The notes beneath the pieces are model-generated. The model searched no databases and was not told the DNA's origin. It worked only from the letters and a program-made list of their open reading frames with translations. Below, in pieces: positions 18,148-27,259 of a stretch of DNA of 64,000 bases. The position numbers were made by a program, and so were the translations under genes. Location of the stretch: positions 1,547,087 through 1,611,086 of the forward strand of contig OY761449.1 in the NCBI GenBank assembly GCA_963664375.1, read 5' to 3'. The stretch comes from Dehalococcoidia bacterium. GTDB lineage: Bacteria > Chloroflexota > Dehalococcoidia > Lucifugimonadales > UBA3495. Within the stretch, counting starts at the first letter, position 1. Each line of letters starts with the position of its first letter.

Positions 18148-20901
18148 CTACTCCATATCGCCCCAGTTGTCGGCCCACTTGGCGTCTACCTTGAGCGTGA
18201 CGTCCATGTCCATGGCGGCAGGCATCTCGTCGAAGACCAGGTCGCGGAGGGCATCCATTTCCTCCCGCGGAGTCTCGAAGACCAGCTCGTCGTGGACTTG
18301 GAGCAGCATCTTCGTCGCCATTTCCTCGGCGTCTAGGCGGCACTGCACCCGCACCATGGCCAGCTTCATGATGTCAGCCGCCGTGCCTTGGATAGGCATG
18401 TTGATGGCCATGCGCTCGGCTGCGCCGCGAGTGTTGAAGTTGGAGCTATTGATCTCCGGCAGGTAGCGGCGGCGGCCCATCAGGGTATCCACGTACTGGT
18501 CGGCGCGAGCCTGGGCCTTCACCCGCTCCAGGTATTCGCTGATGCCCGGATACCTGGAAAAGTAGGTGTCGATGAATTCCTTGCCCTGCTCGCGGGTAAA
18601 TCCGGTCTGCTGGGCTATGCCGTGGGGCGACAGGCCATAGATCACGCCGAAGTTCAGCACCTTGGCGATACGGCGCATGTCTGAGTCCACCTCGTTCAGC
18701 GGCACCTCGAACATCAGCGAGGCGGTGGAAGAATGAATGTCCTCGCCCCGCCGGAAGGCGTCCAGCAACCCGGGATCCTGCGACATGTGCGCCAGCACCC
18801 GCAATTCGATCTGCGAGTAGTCGGCAGAAAAGAGTTGCCAGTCGGGCGCGCCTTCGGCCACGAAGGCGCGGCGTACCTGCCGCCCCGTCTCGGTGCGGAT
18901 GGGGATGTTTTGAAGGTTGGGGTCGCTGCTGGAAATTCGGCCAGTGGCCGAACCAGTCTGGTTGTAGCTGGTGTGCACCCGGCCCGTGTGGGGATTGACC
19001 ATATCCGGCAGCGCGTCGACGTAGGTGGACTTGAGTTTAGACACTTGCCGGTATTCGAGGATACCGTCCACCACCGGGTGAATCCCTTTCAGCCCTTCCA
19101 GTGCGTTGGCGTCGGTGGAGTATCCGGTTTTCGTCCTGCGGGTCTTGGGCAATCCCAGTTCCCCGAACAGCAGGTCGCTCAACTGCTTCGGCGAATCCAG
19201 ATTCACCTCGTGGCCCACGGATTCGTAGATCCCGGACTTCATCTGCTCCAACTGCCGGAACATGTCGGCGGACATTTCGTGCAGCACACCCGCGTCCATC
19301 TTGATGCCGTGCCGTTGCATCCGTACCAGCACGGGCAGTAGAGCCATCTCGGTGTAGTCCATCAGCCCGCGAAGTTCCTGCCGTTCAAGTTGCGGCTCGA
19401 ACACCTCGCGCAGGCGCCAGGTGATGTCGGCATCGGCGGCGGCATAGTCGGACGCATCGGCGATGTCCACCTGGTCGAAGGTAACCTGTTTTCTTCCCCG
19501 GCCGATGAGATCGGTGATGGGCGTCATCTCGTGGCCCAATTCGTTGAGCGACAGGTCCTTGAGGCCAAGCTGGTTGTAGCTCTTGCCCAGCAGGTGGGCC
19601 GCGATCATGCTGTCGAAGTCCACGTTCTGGAAGCGCACGCCGTGGTTCGCCAGCACGGTCATGTCGTAGTTGGCGTTATGGGCGCACTTGGCGATGCCCG
19701 GCGACTCGAACAGCGGACGCACGGCAGCCAGCACCGACTCCAGCGGCATCTGCGCGCCCTCGCGGTGGCCCACCGGCACGTACCAGGCGCGTCCCGCGGC
19801 GGTGGCGAAGCTCAGCCCTACCAGGTCGGCCCGCATGGCGTCCAGGTCGGTGGTCTCGGTGTCAAAGGTAAAGGCGCCGGTTTCCTCGATGGCGGCAATC
19901 ATCGATTCCAACTGCCCGGCGCTCTGCACTACGGTGTAGTCGGTTGCTACTTCCTCCCTGCCGGAATCGGCCTCGGCCATATCGGAACCGTCGGGGCTGG
20001 GAACCCGGGACACTACGCTGAAAAACTCCAGCTCCGTGAGCAAGGCAACCACGTCGCGGCGGTCATAGTTCCAGAATCGGCACTGCTCCAAGTCCAGCGA
20101 GACCGGCGCTTCCCGGTCGATGGTCATGAGGCGGCGGTTCTCGAATGCCCGCTCGCGGTTTTCTTCAAGCGCGGCCTTGACGCTGGGGGGCTTGATTCCC
20201 TCAAGGTTTTCGTAAATCCCTTCCAGACTGCCGTACTCGCCGAGAAGCGCAGTAGCGCGTTTCTCTCCGACACGGGGGACGCCGGGAATATTATCGGACG
20301 AGTCGCCTACCATTGCCTTGAAATCGGGTTGTTGCGCCGACGTGAGGCCGGAGTAGCGTTCGGCCAACTCGGACTCGTCGTAGACCCGGCGGTCCTGGAT
20401 GCTGGACGCCAGGTCAACCCTAACCCTGGGCGAGATGAGCTGGAAGGTATCGCGGTCGCCGGTCAGGATTACCGAATCGATGCCCGCCTCCTCCGCCTGC
20501 CGGGTGAGGGTTCCGATAACGTCGTCCGCCTCCCAACCATCCAGCTCGAACACGGGAACGCCGAAAGCGGCCATCAACTGCTTAACCCGGTCGAACTGGG
20601 GGCGCAGCTCCGGCGGCGTTGGGGGGCGCTGCGCCTTGTACTCCTCGAATTGCAGGTGCCGGAAGGTAGGGGCCGAGGTGTCAAAGGCGATGGCGCAGTA
20701 GGCCGGATTCCATTCCTGCAACGCCCGCAGGAACACGTTGGTGAACCCGTATACGCCGGTGGTGTCCTCGCCCGTGGCGCTGCTGGTCAGGTTGCGCTGC
20801 GTGGAGATGGCGCGGAACGACCGGTGCACCATGGCGTGGCCGTCCATAATCATCAGGAGCGGCTGGCGTTCGGCAGCAAAGAGGGGCATGGACATGGTCA
20901 T
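18148..20901 (-). CDS. polA: DNA polymerase I
   Basis: It has a 5'-3' exonuclease N-terminus, a 3'-5' exonuclease domain (FDTETT) and Pol A motifs (DYSQIELRVLAH, QVHDELVFE). Start chosen at MTMSMPLF; the ORF extends to 20976. Confidence 0.95.
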   Translation of the reverse strand: MTMSMPLFAAERQPLLMIMDGHAMVHRSFRAISTQRNLTSSATGEDTTGVYGFTNVFLRALQEWNPAYCAIAFDTSAPTFRHLQFEEYKAQRPPTPPELRPQFDRVKQLMAAFGVPVFELDGWEADDVIGTLTRQAEEAGIDSVILTGDRDTFQLISPRVRVDLASSIQDRRVYDESELAERYSGLTSAQQPDFKAMVGDSSDNIPGVPRVGEKRATALLGEYGSLEGIYENLEGIKPPSVKAALEENRERAFENRRLMTIDREAPVSLDLEQCRFWNYDRRDVVALLTELEFFSVVSRVPSPDGSDMAEADSGREEVATDYTVVQSAGQLESMIAAIEETGAFTFDTETTDLDAMRADLVGLSFATAAGRAWYVPVGHREGAQMPLESVLAAVRPLFESPGIAKCAHNANYDMTVLANHGVRFQNVDFDSMIAAHLLGKSYNQLGLKDLSLNELGHEMTPITDLIGRGRKQVTFDQVDIADASDYAAADADITWRLREVFEPQLERQELRGLMDYTEMALLPVLVRMQRHGIKMDAGVLHEMSADMFRQLEQMKSGIYESVGHEVNLDSPKQLSDLLFGELGLPKTRRTKTGYSTDANALEGLKGIHPVVDGILEYRQVSKLKSTYVDALPDMVNPHTGRVHTSYNQTGSATGRISSSDPNLQNIPIRTETGRQVRRAFVAEGAPDWQLFSADYSQIELRVLAHMSQDPGLLDAFRRGEDIHSSTASLMFEVPLNEVDSDMRRIAKVLNFGVIYGLSPHGIAQQTGFTREQGKEFIDTYFSRYPGISEYLERVKAQARADQYVDTLMGRRRYLPEINSSNFNTRGAAERMAINMPIQGTAADIMKLAMVRVQCRLDAEEMATKMLLQVHDELVFETPREEMDALRDLVFDEMPAAMDMDVTLKVDAKWADNWGDME

Positions 20902-21009
20902 GGCGGCACCTCGGCGCGGCTGGGCTACGGTGGCCGCATTATACACCGGGGACAGGGCCGGGCGGTTTCGCTCCATCGCCCCGGCTGGCGCAGTCGTCCG
21001 TACCGGGCG

Positions 21010-21603
21010 TCACCGGCCCGGACGGCGGGGGTGGCGAAACACGTCGGCCAGCGGGATGGCCAGGCCGGGCAGCAGCGGCGTGGTCAGAATGCCGGTGGCG
21101 TCCAGCACGGCCCGCTCCACGTACTCGCCGTCCCGCAGTTCCAGCAGGGTGGCGGTGTCCGCTCGCGCGTCGAAAATCCAGTATTCCGGCACGCCCGCCT
21201 GGGCATACACCTGCCGCTTGCGCACCAAATCCCGGCGGCGGTCGGAAGAAAGAATCTCGACCACGATGTCCGGCGCGCCCTCGACCGTCCGGTCAGTTAT
21301 GGTAGCCACGTTGCCTTGCAGGATGATGACCAGGTCCGGCGCGTAGAGTATCCGGGTCTCCAGCGACAGTGCGACGATGACGTCGTGCAGGGCTTGGGCT
21401 GGCGGGGAGTCAAAAGACCTGAGATACCCTTGAAAATACCAAATCAAATCTCCCTGCAAAGACTGGTGTCTGATTCGTGGTCGGGGCATGATGTACAGCT
21501 CCCCCTCGTCCAGTTCCATCTTCCGCCTGTCGAACGTTTCGGGCAGTTCGAGGAACTCTTCGATGGACAGCCGCGTCCCGGTGCGCGGTTTCAGCGTCGC
21601 CAT
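21010..21603 (-). CDS. Uma2-family (DUF820) endonuclease
   Basis: LSIEEFLELPE....MELDEGELYIMP......H and the PDIVVEILS....RRD...K...Y..AGVPEYWIFD pattern. Confidence 0.8.
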   Translation of the reverse strand: MATLKPRTGTRLSIEEFLELPETFDRRKMELDEGELYIMPRPRIRHQSLQGDLIWYFQGYLRSFDSPPAQALHDVIVALSLETRILYAPDLVIILQGNVATITDRTVEGAPDIVVEILSSDRRRDLVRKRQVYAQAGVPEYWIFDARADTATLLELRDGEYVERAVLDATGILTTPLLPGLAIPLADVFRHPRRPGR

Positions 21604-21606
21604 GCC

Positions 21607-22140
21607 TTACGCATCCTCCAGTTCGGCGATGATCTTCTCCAGCCGCGGGTTGAACACGTCCTTGAACTTGAGCAGTTTTTCCGACATCCATGCGCGGATT
21701 TCTTCTTGCCTTTCGGGTGGGTCGTCGATGGAGCCGCAGGTAAACAGAGTCACGTTTGGCCCATTGCGCCGGTCGCCATCATACCAATCGAGTTCAGAAC
21801 CGACTTCGGCGTCAATCTCCTCTATGTTGCGCTTTTTGTGAGTTGTAGAACCGCGCGGGCAAAGAATCCCCGATCTTGATTGCATGTACTTCGACGGCAT
21901 AGAACCGGACCCTGTCAGGCGCCATCCCATTCAGCCAGTCAATAGCAGCCCGGTGCTCCGGCCTGAAACGCGCCGCGATCCAGACAACGTACCCACCTCG
22001 TGTTGTGCAGCGTAGGTGATCGACTGCCCAAGATGTCTGTGAACGGTTTGTTCCCGCTGATTTTCTGTCGCAACAAGCCGACCGTCGCTGGGGAGTGTTT
22101 TGCAAACTATAACCCTTGATAACCCGTCAAATCTCCTCGC
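21607..22140 (-). pseudogene. decayed DUF4268-type gene (frameshifted, N-terminally truncated)
   Basis: Three overlapping minus-strand ORF pieces in different frames. They read ...HLGQSITYAAQ..., then VVWIAARFRPEHRAAIDWLN...RFYAVEVHAIKIGDSLPA, then WYDGDRR....VTLFTCGSIDDPPERQEEIRAWMSEKLLKFKDVFNPRL. Joined, they read like one DUF4268-containing protein. Confidence 0.55.
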
Positions 22141-22212
22141 CCCACACACCCCACCTCCCATATCAGCCTGTCTCTTCCAGTTTAGGCCCCTCCATTGGTT
22201 TGCAAACACGCC

Positions 22213-23031
22213 CTAAGCGGCCTCCCTGCCGAATTCCTTCAGGCTGCGGCGCAGCTCGGAGGCGATCTGGGAGTATTCCTCTCTGACCTCTTCGTCGGCC
22301 ATGACGGTCGGCAAGGCGCTGTTCCGGTACGAAGGACGCAATTCCATGCTGCCCAGGTAGGGCGCGTCTACCTCTTCGGCCAGGGCACGGCCACCGCCTT
22401 GGCCAAAAATCGCACCGGTGTAATTCTCGACAACCCCCACGACGTCCAGGTTCAGCTTGCGAATCATGTTGATGCAGCGTTTGGCGTCCAACACCGCCAA
22501 GTCCTGCGGCGTGCTGACCACGACAAACCCGTCCATGGGCAGGCTTTGCATCACGGTGAGAGGAGAGTCCGAGGTGCCAGGGGGCAGGTCCACGACGAGA
22601 TAGTCGAGTTCGCCCCAGTCGGTGTTCTGGAGGAACTGGTTGATGGCGTTGTGGATCATGGGGCCGCGCCAGATGATCGCCTCTTCCTGATTCTCCTGGA
22701 AGTATGCCATCGAGACGACCTTAACCCCCCAGTCTTCGGCGGGCACGATCTCCCCGCCCTGGTATTCGGGCCAAGAGGAGGCGGCCAGTACCTTTGTAAC
22801 ATTGGGGCAGTCGATGTCAACGTCCAGTATGCCGACGCGGGCGCCCTCCTGGGCGAGGGTTACAGCCAGGTTGACGGCGACGGTCGTTTTCCCCACCCCG
22901 CCCTTGCCGCTGTAGACGCCGATCTTGGTCTTGATCTTGTCCAGCCGCTCGCCGATCTGGCGTTTCTGCTGCCAGCTCCGCTTGATCTGTTCCAGCCTAG
23001 CGTTCTGGGCATTCTGCTGGGGAGTTGTCAT
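22213..23031 (-). CDS. Mrp/NBP35/ApbC-family Fe-S cluster carrier ATPase
   Basis: KIGVYSGKGGVGKTTVAVNLA deviant Walker A and DLPPGT.D motifs. Confidence 0.9.
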   Translation of the reverse strand: MTTPQQNAQNARLEQIKRSWQQKRQIGERLDKIKTKIGVYSGKGGVGKTTVAVNLAVTLAQEGARVGILDVDIDCPNVTKVLAASSWPEYQGGEIVPAEDWGVKVVSMAYFQENQEEAIIWRGPMIHNAINQFLQNTDWGELDYLVVDLPPGTSDSPLTVMQSLPMDGFVVVSTPQDLAVLDAKRCINMIRKLNLDVVGVVENYTGAIFGQGGGRALAEEVDAPYLGSMELRPSYRNSALPTVMADEEVREEYSQIASELRRSLKEFGREAA

Positions 23032-23156
23032 CGTACCCCTCGACTATGGACGGCCCTTGCCGGGCCGCTCAAATAAAATCAGGCAAAATTTGGGAGGAAG
23101 TCCCGGCAGGCCCTTCCTCCCCAAACATGGCACGGTCGGCGAGAATCGCCCTGGGC

Positions 23157-23465
23157 CTAGATGCCCAGTTGGTTGCGGGCCTCTTCGCTTATCAGGTCGG
23201 GAGACCAGGGGGGATCGAACACCAGCTCGATCTGCACTTCCTCAACCCCGTCGAGCTCCTGGATGGCCCACTCGGCCTGCTGGCCGATGTAGGGCCCCAT
23301 GCCGCAGCCGGGAAAGGTCAACGTCATCTGCACGTACACGTCGGATTCGTTGACCTGCACGTCGTAGATGAGGCCCAGATCGACAACGTTCACCGGGATT
23401 TCGGGGTCGTACACCGTGCGCAGTGCGTTGAACACCTCGTCCCTCGATATAACTGCCTCTGCCAT
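23157..23465 (-). CDS. DUF59/MIP18-family (SufT-like) Fe-S assembly protein
   Basis: 102 aa. VFNALRTVYDPEIPVNVVDLGLIY.....V.MTLT.PGC is the DUF59 signature. Confidence 0.8.
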   Translation of the reverse strand: MAEAVISRDEVFNALRTVYDPEIPVNVVDLGLIYDVQVNESDVYVQMTLTFPGCGMGPYIGQQAEWAIQELDGVEEVQIELVFDPPWSPDLISEEARNQLGI

Positions 23466-23542
23466 TTCAGCCTCCTGGCCGTCGCTAATCTGGAACTGAT
23501 TATAGCAAGAAACCGCGGGCGGGGCGCTGCGGCTTGGGATAG

Positions 23543-23715
23543 GGCATTCTCAACGTGTGTTGGTATTGGACGCGATTTGTCTGCTTGGCCCCGCCGCGTA
23601 GGGGCGCACAGCCGTGCGCCCGTGTCTGCGCAGGAGAGAATTGCGACGGAACCGGGGGCCAGGGCGCACGGCTGTGCGCCCCTACATGGGAATACCAACA
23701 CACGTTGAGAATACC
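23543..23715 (-). mobile_element. MITE copy B (173 bp, opposite orientation to copy A)
   Basis: TIRs ggcattctcaacgtgtgttggtatt / aataccaacacacgttgagaatacc. The flanks tgggatag / tgggaaaa form a 6-of-8 degenerate TSD. Its reverse complement has the same arm and core arrangement as copy A. Confidence 0.85.
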
Positions 23716-23738
23716 TGGGAAAAGGGCAAGGCTTTTGA

Positions 23739-23776
23739 TTCTCCCTCTCCTTAAAGGGAGAGGGTTGGGGCGAGGG
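23739..23776 (-). repeat. REP1 hairpin element
   Basis: ttctccctctccttaaagggagagggttggggcgaggg. Confidence 0.75.
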
Positions 23777-23818
23777 AGACACCGCTGGTATCGGCAATTT
23801 TGCGGCCATATAGAGGAC

Positions 23819-23854
23819 GCCCCCACCCTAACCCTCCCCCGGAGGGAGAGGGAA
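23819..23854 (+). repeat. REP1 hairpin element
   Basis: ccccaccctaaccctcccccggagggagagggaac. Confidence 0.8.
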
Positions 23855-23863
23855 CTAAAGGCG

Positions 23864-23896
23864 CCCCCACCCTGACACCCTTCCCCGGAGGGGGAA
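23864..23896 (+). repeat. REP1 hairpin element (degenerate)
   Basis: cccccaccctgacacccttccccggagggggaac lies directly after the previous copy. Confidence 0.6.
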
Positions 23897-23940
23897 CTAT
23901 TGGAAGGCCTTGGCGAATGACGGGCGGTTTGACGACACGC

Positions 23941-24909
23941 CTAGGGGATTAGCAGCAGCTTGCCGGTGGTGGCCCGGCTTTCCAGCAGACGATGGGCCTC
24001 GGGCGCGTCGGAAAGCGGCAGTTCGTGCCCTATGTGCAGCTTTATCTGGCCGGAGGCCACCCAGCCCAGCACGTCGCCAGCGCGCTGTTCCAGTTCCGCC
24101 CGGTCGACGGTGTAGTCGCCCAGCCCGGGCCGCGTCAGGAACTTGGACCCGGCCGAGAATATTCGCGGGTCTACGGGATCGGGGTTGCCGCTGGCGGCCC
24201 CGTACAGCGCCATCACTCCCCGGCGGCCCAGACTGCTGACGCTCTGGTCGAAGGTGGTCTTGCCCACGCCGTCGTATACCACCCGGACACCCTCTCCGTT
24301 GGTGGCTTCCTTGACCACCTCGGCGAAATCTTCTTTCGTGTAGTTGATCGCGTGGTCGGCCCCGGCCTGGCGGGACATTTCGGCCTTTTCCTCGGTGGAA
24401 ACGGTGGTGAACACGTATCCGCCCAGCATCTTTATCATCTGGGTCAGGATCAGCCCCATGCCTCCGGCGCCAGCGTGAACTATCACCCGGTCGCCCGGCT
24501 GCACCGGGTAGGTGGCGTGGCACAGGTAGTGCGCGGTCATCCCCTGCAACATGGCCGCTGCGCCCGCTTTCGCGTCGAGGCCCGACGGACGCTTGATCAG
24601 CCGCCAGGCGGGAACCAGCGCCTGCTCGGCGTAGGAGCCGTTGACGCTGCAATACACGACCTCGTCGCCCACGGCCACCTCGGAGACGCCGCTGCCCACG
24701 GCAGCCACCACGCCCGCGCCTTCGACGCCGATGGTGCGAGGGAGAGGAGGGCCTGGATTGATGCCCGCGCGGCTGTATACGTCGGTGTAGTTGACGCCCG
24801 CCGCCTGGATCCGCACCACTGCCTCACCTTCACCGGGAACCGGGTCGGAAACATCCTGGTACTTCATCGCCTCCGGCCCACCGAAATCGTTAATCTGCAC
24901 GGCTTTCAT
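23941..24909 (-). CDS. qor: NADPH:quinone oxidoreductase (zinc-type ADH/MDR superfamily)
   Basis: MKAVQINDFGGPEAMKYQDV..PVPGEGEAVVRIQAAGVNYTD and the HAGAGGMG Rossmann motif. Start taken at MKAVQ. Confidence 0.85.
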   Translation of the reverse strand: MKAVQINDFGGPEAMKYQDVSDPVPGEGEAVVRIQAAGVNYTDVYSRAGINPGPPLPRTIGVEGAGVVAAVGSGVSEVAVGDEVVYCSVNGSYAEQALVPAWRLIKRPSGLDAKAGAAAMLQGMTAHYLCHATYPVQPGDRVIVHAGAGGMGLILTQMIKMLGGYVFTTVSTEEKAEMSRQAGADHAINYTKEDFAEVVKEATNGEGVRVVYDGVGKTTFDQSVSSLGRRGVMALYGAASGNPDPVDPRIFSAGSKFLTRPGLGDYTVDRAELEQRAGDVLGWVASGQIKLHIGHELPLSDAPEAHRLLESRATTGKLLLIP

Positions 24910-25003
24910 TCCGAGTTCTCCTTTCGCTTCCGTATTTCTTGATTCGTGGGTGATTTTGCGTGGCAAGTATACACCCCAAGTCAGACTTGTCCGCCCGGCT
25001 AAC

Positions 25004-25032
25004 CGTCATTCCCGCTTTCGCGGTAATCCAGG
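25004..25032. repeat. REP2 hairpin element (GTCATTCCCGC-N-GCGGGAATCC type)
   Basis: cgtcattcccgctttcgcggtaatccagg. Confidence 0.65.
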
Positions 25033-25270
25033 AACCCTTTGCCTGCTGACACTCCCCTGTTGCCAGGCCCCGTGTCGCCCCCCTAGCATGAGTCCGTAAT
25101 TGCATCGTCTGGCGTTCTGTTCCCGCTTGCCAAAACCCGGCGCCTGCGATGAATGAGAGTGAATAAGAGGAAATGAGAGGGAAATCAATTTTTCAGCCCC
25201 TCAGGACGGGCATGGTCCGCCCCGGAAAACATACCTGCCCGTCCTCTGTGTTTGACCCGGCGCCGGGCGA

Positions 25271-25298
25271 CTGGATTCCGGCTTCCGCCGGAATGACG
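25271..25298. repeat. REP2 hairpin element
   Basis: ctggattccggcttccgccggaatgacg. Confidence 0.7.
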
Positions 25299-25344
25299 CG
25301 TTGTGCGGAAATGACAGCGTTCCGAAATAGGCGATGTGAACCCC

Positions 25345-25374
25345 GTAGGGGCAGGTTTCAAACCCGCCCCTACA
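25345..25374. repeat. REP-like hairpin, family 3 (GTAGGGGCaGGTTTCAAACCCGCCCCTAC)
   Basis: gtaggggcaggtttcaaacccgcccctaca is a near-perfect palindrome. The terminator hairpin at 62762 is related. Confidence 0.65.
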
Positions 25375-25441
25375 CCACACCGGGATGATGACTCGAAACT
25401 CGACCACCTAATTCGGAACGCTGTTTTGCCTTGACCGCAAA

Positions 25442-25470
25442 TTGCCATGTATTACATGAACTGATACTAT
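25442..25470 (+). promoter_or_regulatory. putative sigma70-type promoter for pckA
   Basis: TTGCCA (25442-25447), a 17-nt spacer, then TACTAT (25465-25470), about 130 nt upstream of the pckA ATG. Confidence 0.4.
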
Positions 25471-25599
25471 GGCTAGGCCTAAATTTCCGGCCACAAATGC
25501 TTTGCCGGTATGCCGGGCAAACGGCACACTGATAGAGGGTAGCGGGGCGCCCCTTGCGGCGCTGGCCTGTTTCTGATAACTAGCGAGGAACCTGAACGT

Positions 25600-27222
25600 A
25601 TGGCTGAGAGTTTCCTGGATTTCGTAAAGACCCTGCCGGAGCAGGGGAATGTCCGCACCGTGACCATCGGCGAGCTGGACGACGAGGCCTTCAAGCATGG
25701 CCGCGTCACCAGCACCGGCGGACGCAGCTTTTATTCCAACGTTCGCAACCGCAGCGCCGGAATCGCCGTCGTGTTCGGCAGCGACCGGGTTGCCACCAGG
25801 AATTTCAATCCTGCCCAGGAACGAATCAGGGACAACAAGGAGAAAACGCTGGAGGAAGTCCGGCAGTATCTCCTGCGTGCTCCCATGATTCGGGTACAGC
25901 GGACTATCGGCGACAACTCCGAGTTCAACCCCAAGTGCAACCTTTTCCTGTCGCTGCAACGCCCCGACAATGCCCGGCAGGCGTGCCTCTGGAGCCATAC
26001 CCTCCGCGACTACGACCCGGCGTCACCGGGGCCGGACCTCTATGAAGTCTGCATCCCCGAGTGGCCCGAAAACGACAGCCAGGTGCTGGTGTTCCCGGAG
26101 GACAACCTGACCGTCATCCTCGGCATCGACTATGTCGGTGAAGTGAAGATGGGGTTCCTGCGGATGGCCATGTGGGACGCCAAAGAGGAGGGGATGCTCA
26201 GCCTGCACGCCGGTTCCAAGGTTGTTACCGCGCAACAGCCGGATGGCGATTCCAGGCGTTACGGGATGCTCTTCTTTGGCCTTTCCGGGACGGGAAAGAC
26301 CACCCACGCCTGCCACGGCCACGGCATGGAGGCGCCGGGCGAGGTGATGGACATCCTCCAGGACGATATCGTCGCCCTTCGCACGGACGGCGGCGCCCTT
26401 GGCACCGAACGGGGCTTTTACCTGAAGACCGAAGGAATGAGGGCCGACACCCAGGCCCTGATCTACAACGCCCTGCGTCAGCCCGAGGCGCTTTTCGAAA
26501 ACGTGATGATGACTCATGACGGCGAGATTGACTACGCCGACCTGTCGCTGGGCGGCAACGGTCGCGCGGTCATTCCCCGCACCAGCTTCGGCGACTACGT
26601 GGGCAGCGACATCAACATGCCTTCCCTGGACCAGCTCGACGGAATGGTCATCGCCTTCATCACTCGCCGGATGACGGTGCTGCCGCTGGTTTCAAAGCTA
26701 AACCCGGAGCAGGCCGCAGCCGCCTTCATGCTGGGCGAAAGCGTCGAGACATCGGCTGGCGACCCCCGCCGGGCCGGAGAGTCGGTTCGCGTTGTCGGAA
26801 CCAACCCGTTCCTGATCGGCTCCGAGGCCGAGGAAGGCAACTGGTTCTACGATTTCGTCAAGAACAACGAAGGCAAGGTGCAGTGCTACCTGCTGAACAC
26901 CGGCGGCGTCGGCGAGATACTGGAGCGCGATGACCAGGGCCGCGCCAGCGTAAAGCAGCCGGTCACGCGGGTTCCCATTCCCGAAATGTCGGCGATGATT
27001 CGCGGCATTCTGCGCAACTCAATGGAATGGGGCGACGATCCCCTGTTCGGCTCGGAAGTGCCCGTTTCGATTGAGGGTGTCGATATAACGAAATACGCCC
27101 TTTCCAACTTCTACACCGATGAGCAAATCCAGGAATTCGCAGAGCGGCTGAAGGAAGAGCGGAAAGCGCACTTGGCCCGATTCCCCGGCCTGAACCCCAA
27201 GATACTGGAAGCCGTCAACTAA
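25600..27222 (+). CDS. pckA: phosphoenolpyruvate carboxykinase (ATP)
   Basis: 540 aa. FFGLSGTGKTT kinase-1a motif and PEPCK-ATP layout. Confidence 0.92.
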   Translation: MAESFLDFVKTLPEQGNVRTVTIGELDDEAFKHGRVTSTGGRSFYSNVRNRSAGIAVVFGSDRVATRNFNPAQERIRDNKEKTLEEVRQYLLRAPMIRVQRTIGDNSEFNPKCNLFLSLQRPDNARQACLWSHTLRDYDPASPGPDLYEVCIPEWPENDSQVLVFPEDNLTVILGIDYVGEVKMGFLRMAMWDAKEEGMLSLHAGSKVVTAQQPDGDSRRYGMLFFGLSGTGKTTHACHGHGMEAPGEVMDILQDDIVALRTDGGALGTERGFYLKTEGMRADTQALIYNALRQPEALFENVMMTHDGEIDYADLSLGGNGRAVIPRTSFGDYVGSDINMPSLDQLDGMVIAFITRRMTVLPLVSKLNPEQAAAAFMLGESVETSAGDPRRAGESVRVVGTNPFLIGSEAEEGNWFYDFVKNNEGKVQCYLLNTGGVGEILERDDQGRASVKQPVTRVPIPEMSAMIRGILRNSMEWGDDPLFGSEVPVSIEGVDITKYALSNFYTDEQIQEFAERLKEERKAHLARFPGLNPKILEAVN

Positions 27223-27259
27223 CAGGGCGGCCCACATCCTTACCGTCGGAGGTTACTCC

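Noticed and set aside
19390-21879. 829-aa plus-strand ORF
   Set aside because: It lies antisense to polA and the Uma2 gene. Its Arg/Gly/Ala/His-rich, low-complexity composition is typical of shadow frames in high-GC DNA, and no family motifs are seen.
25408-25998. 196-aa minus-strand ORF overlapping the pckA start region
   Set aside because: It is antisense to pckA and to its promoter/leader, and it has no recognisable motifs.
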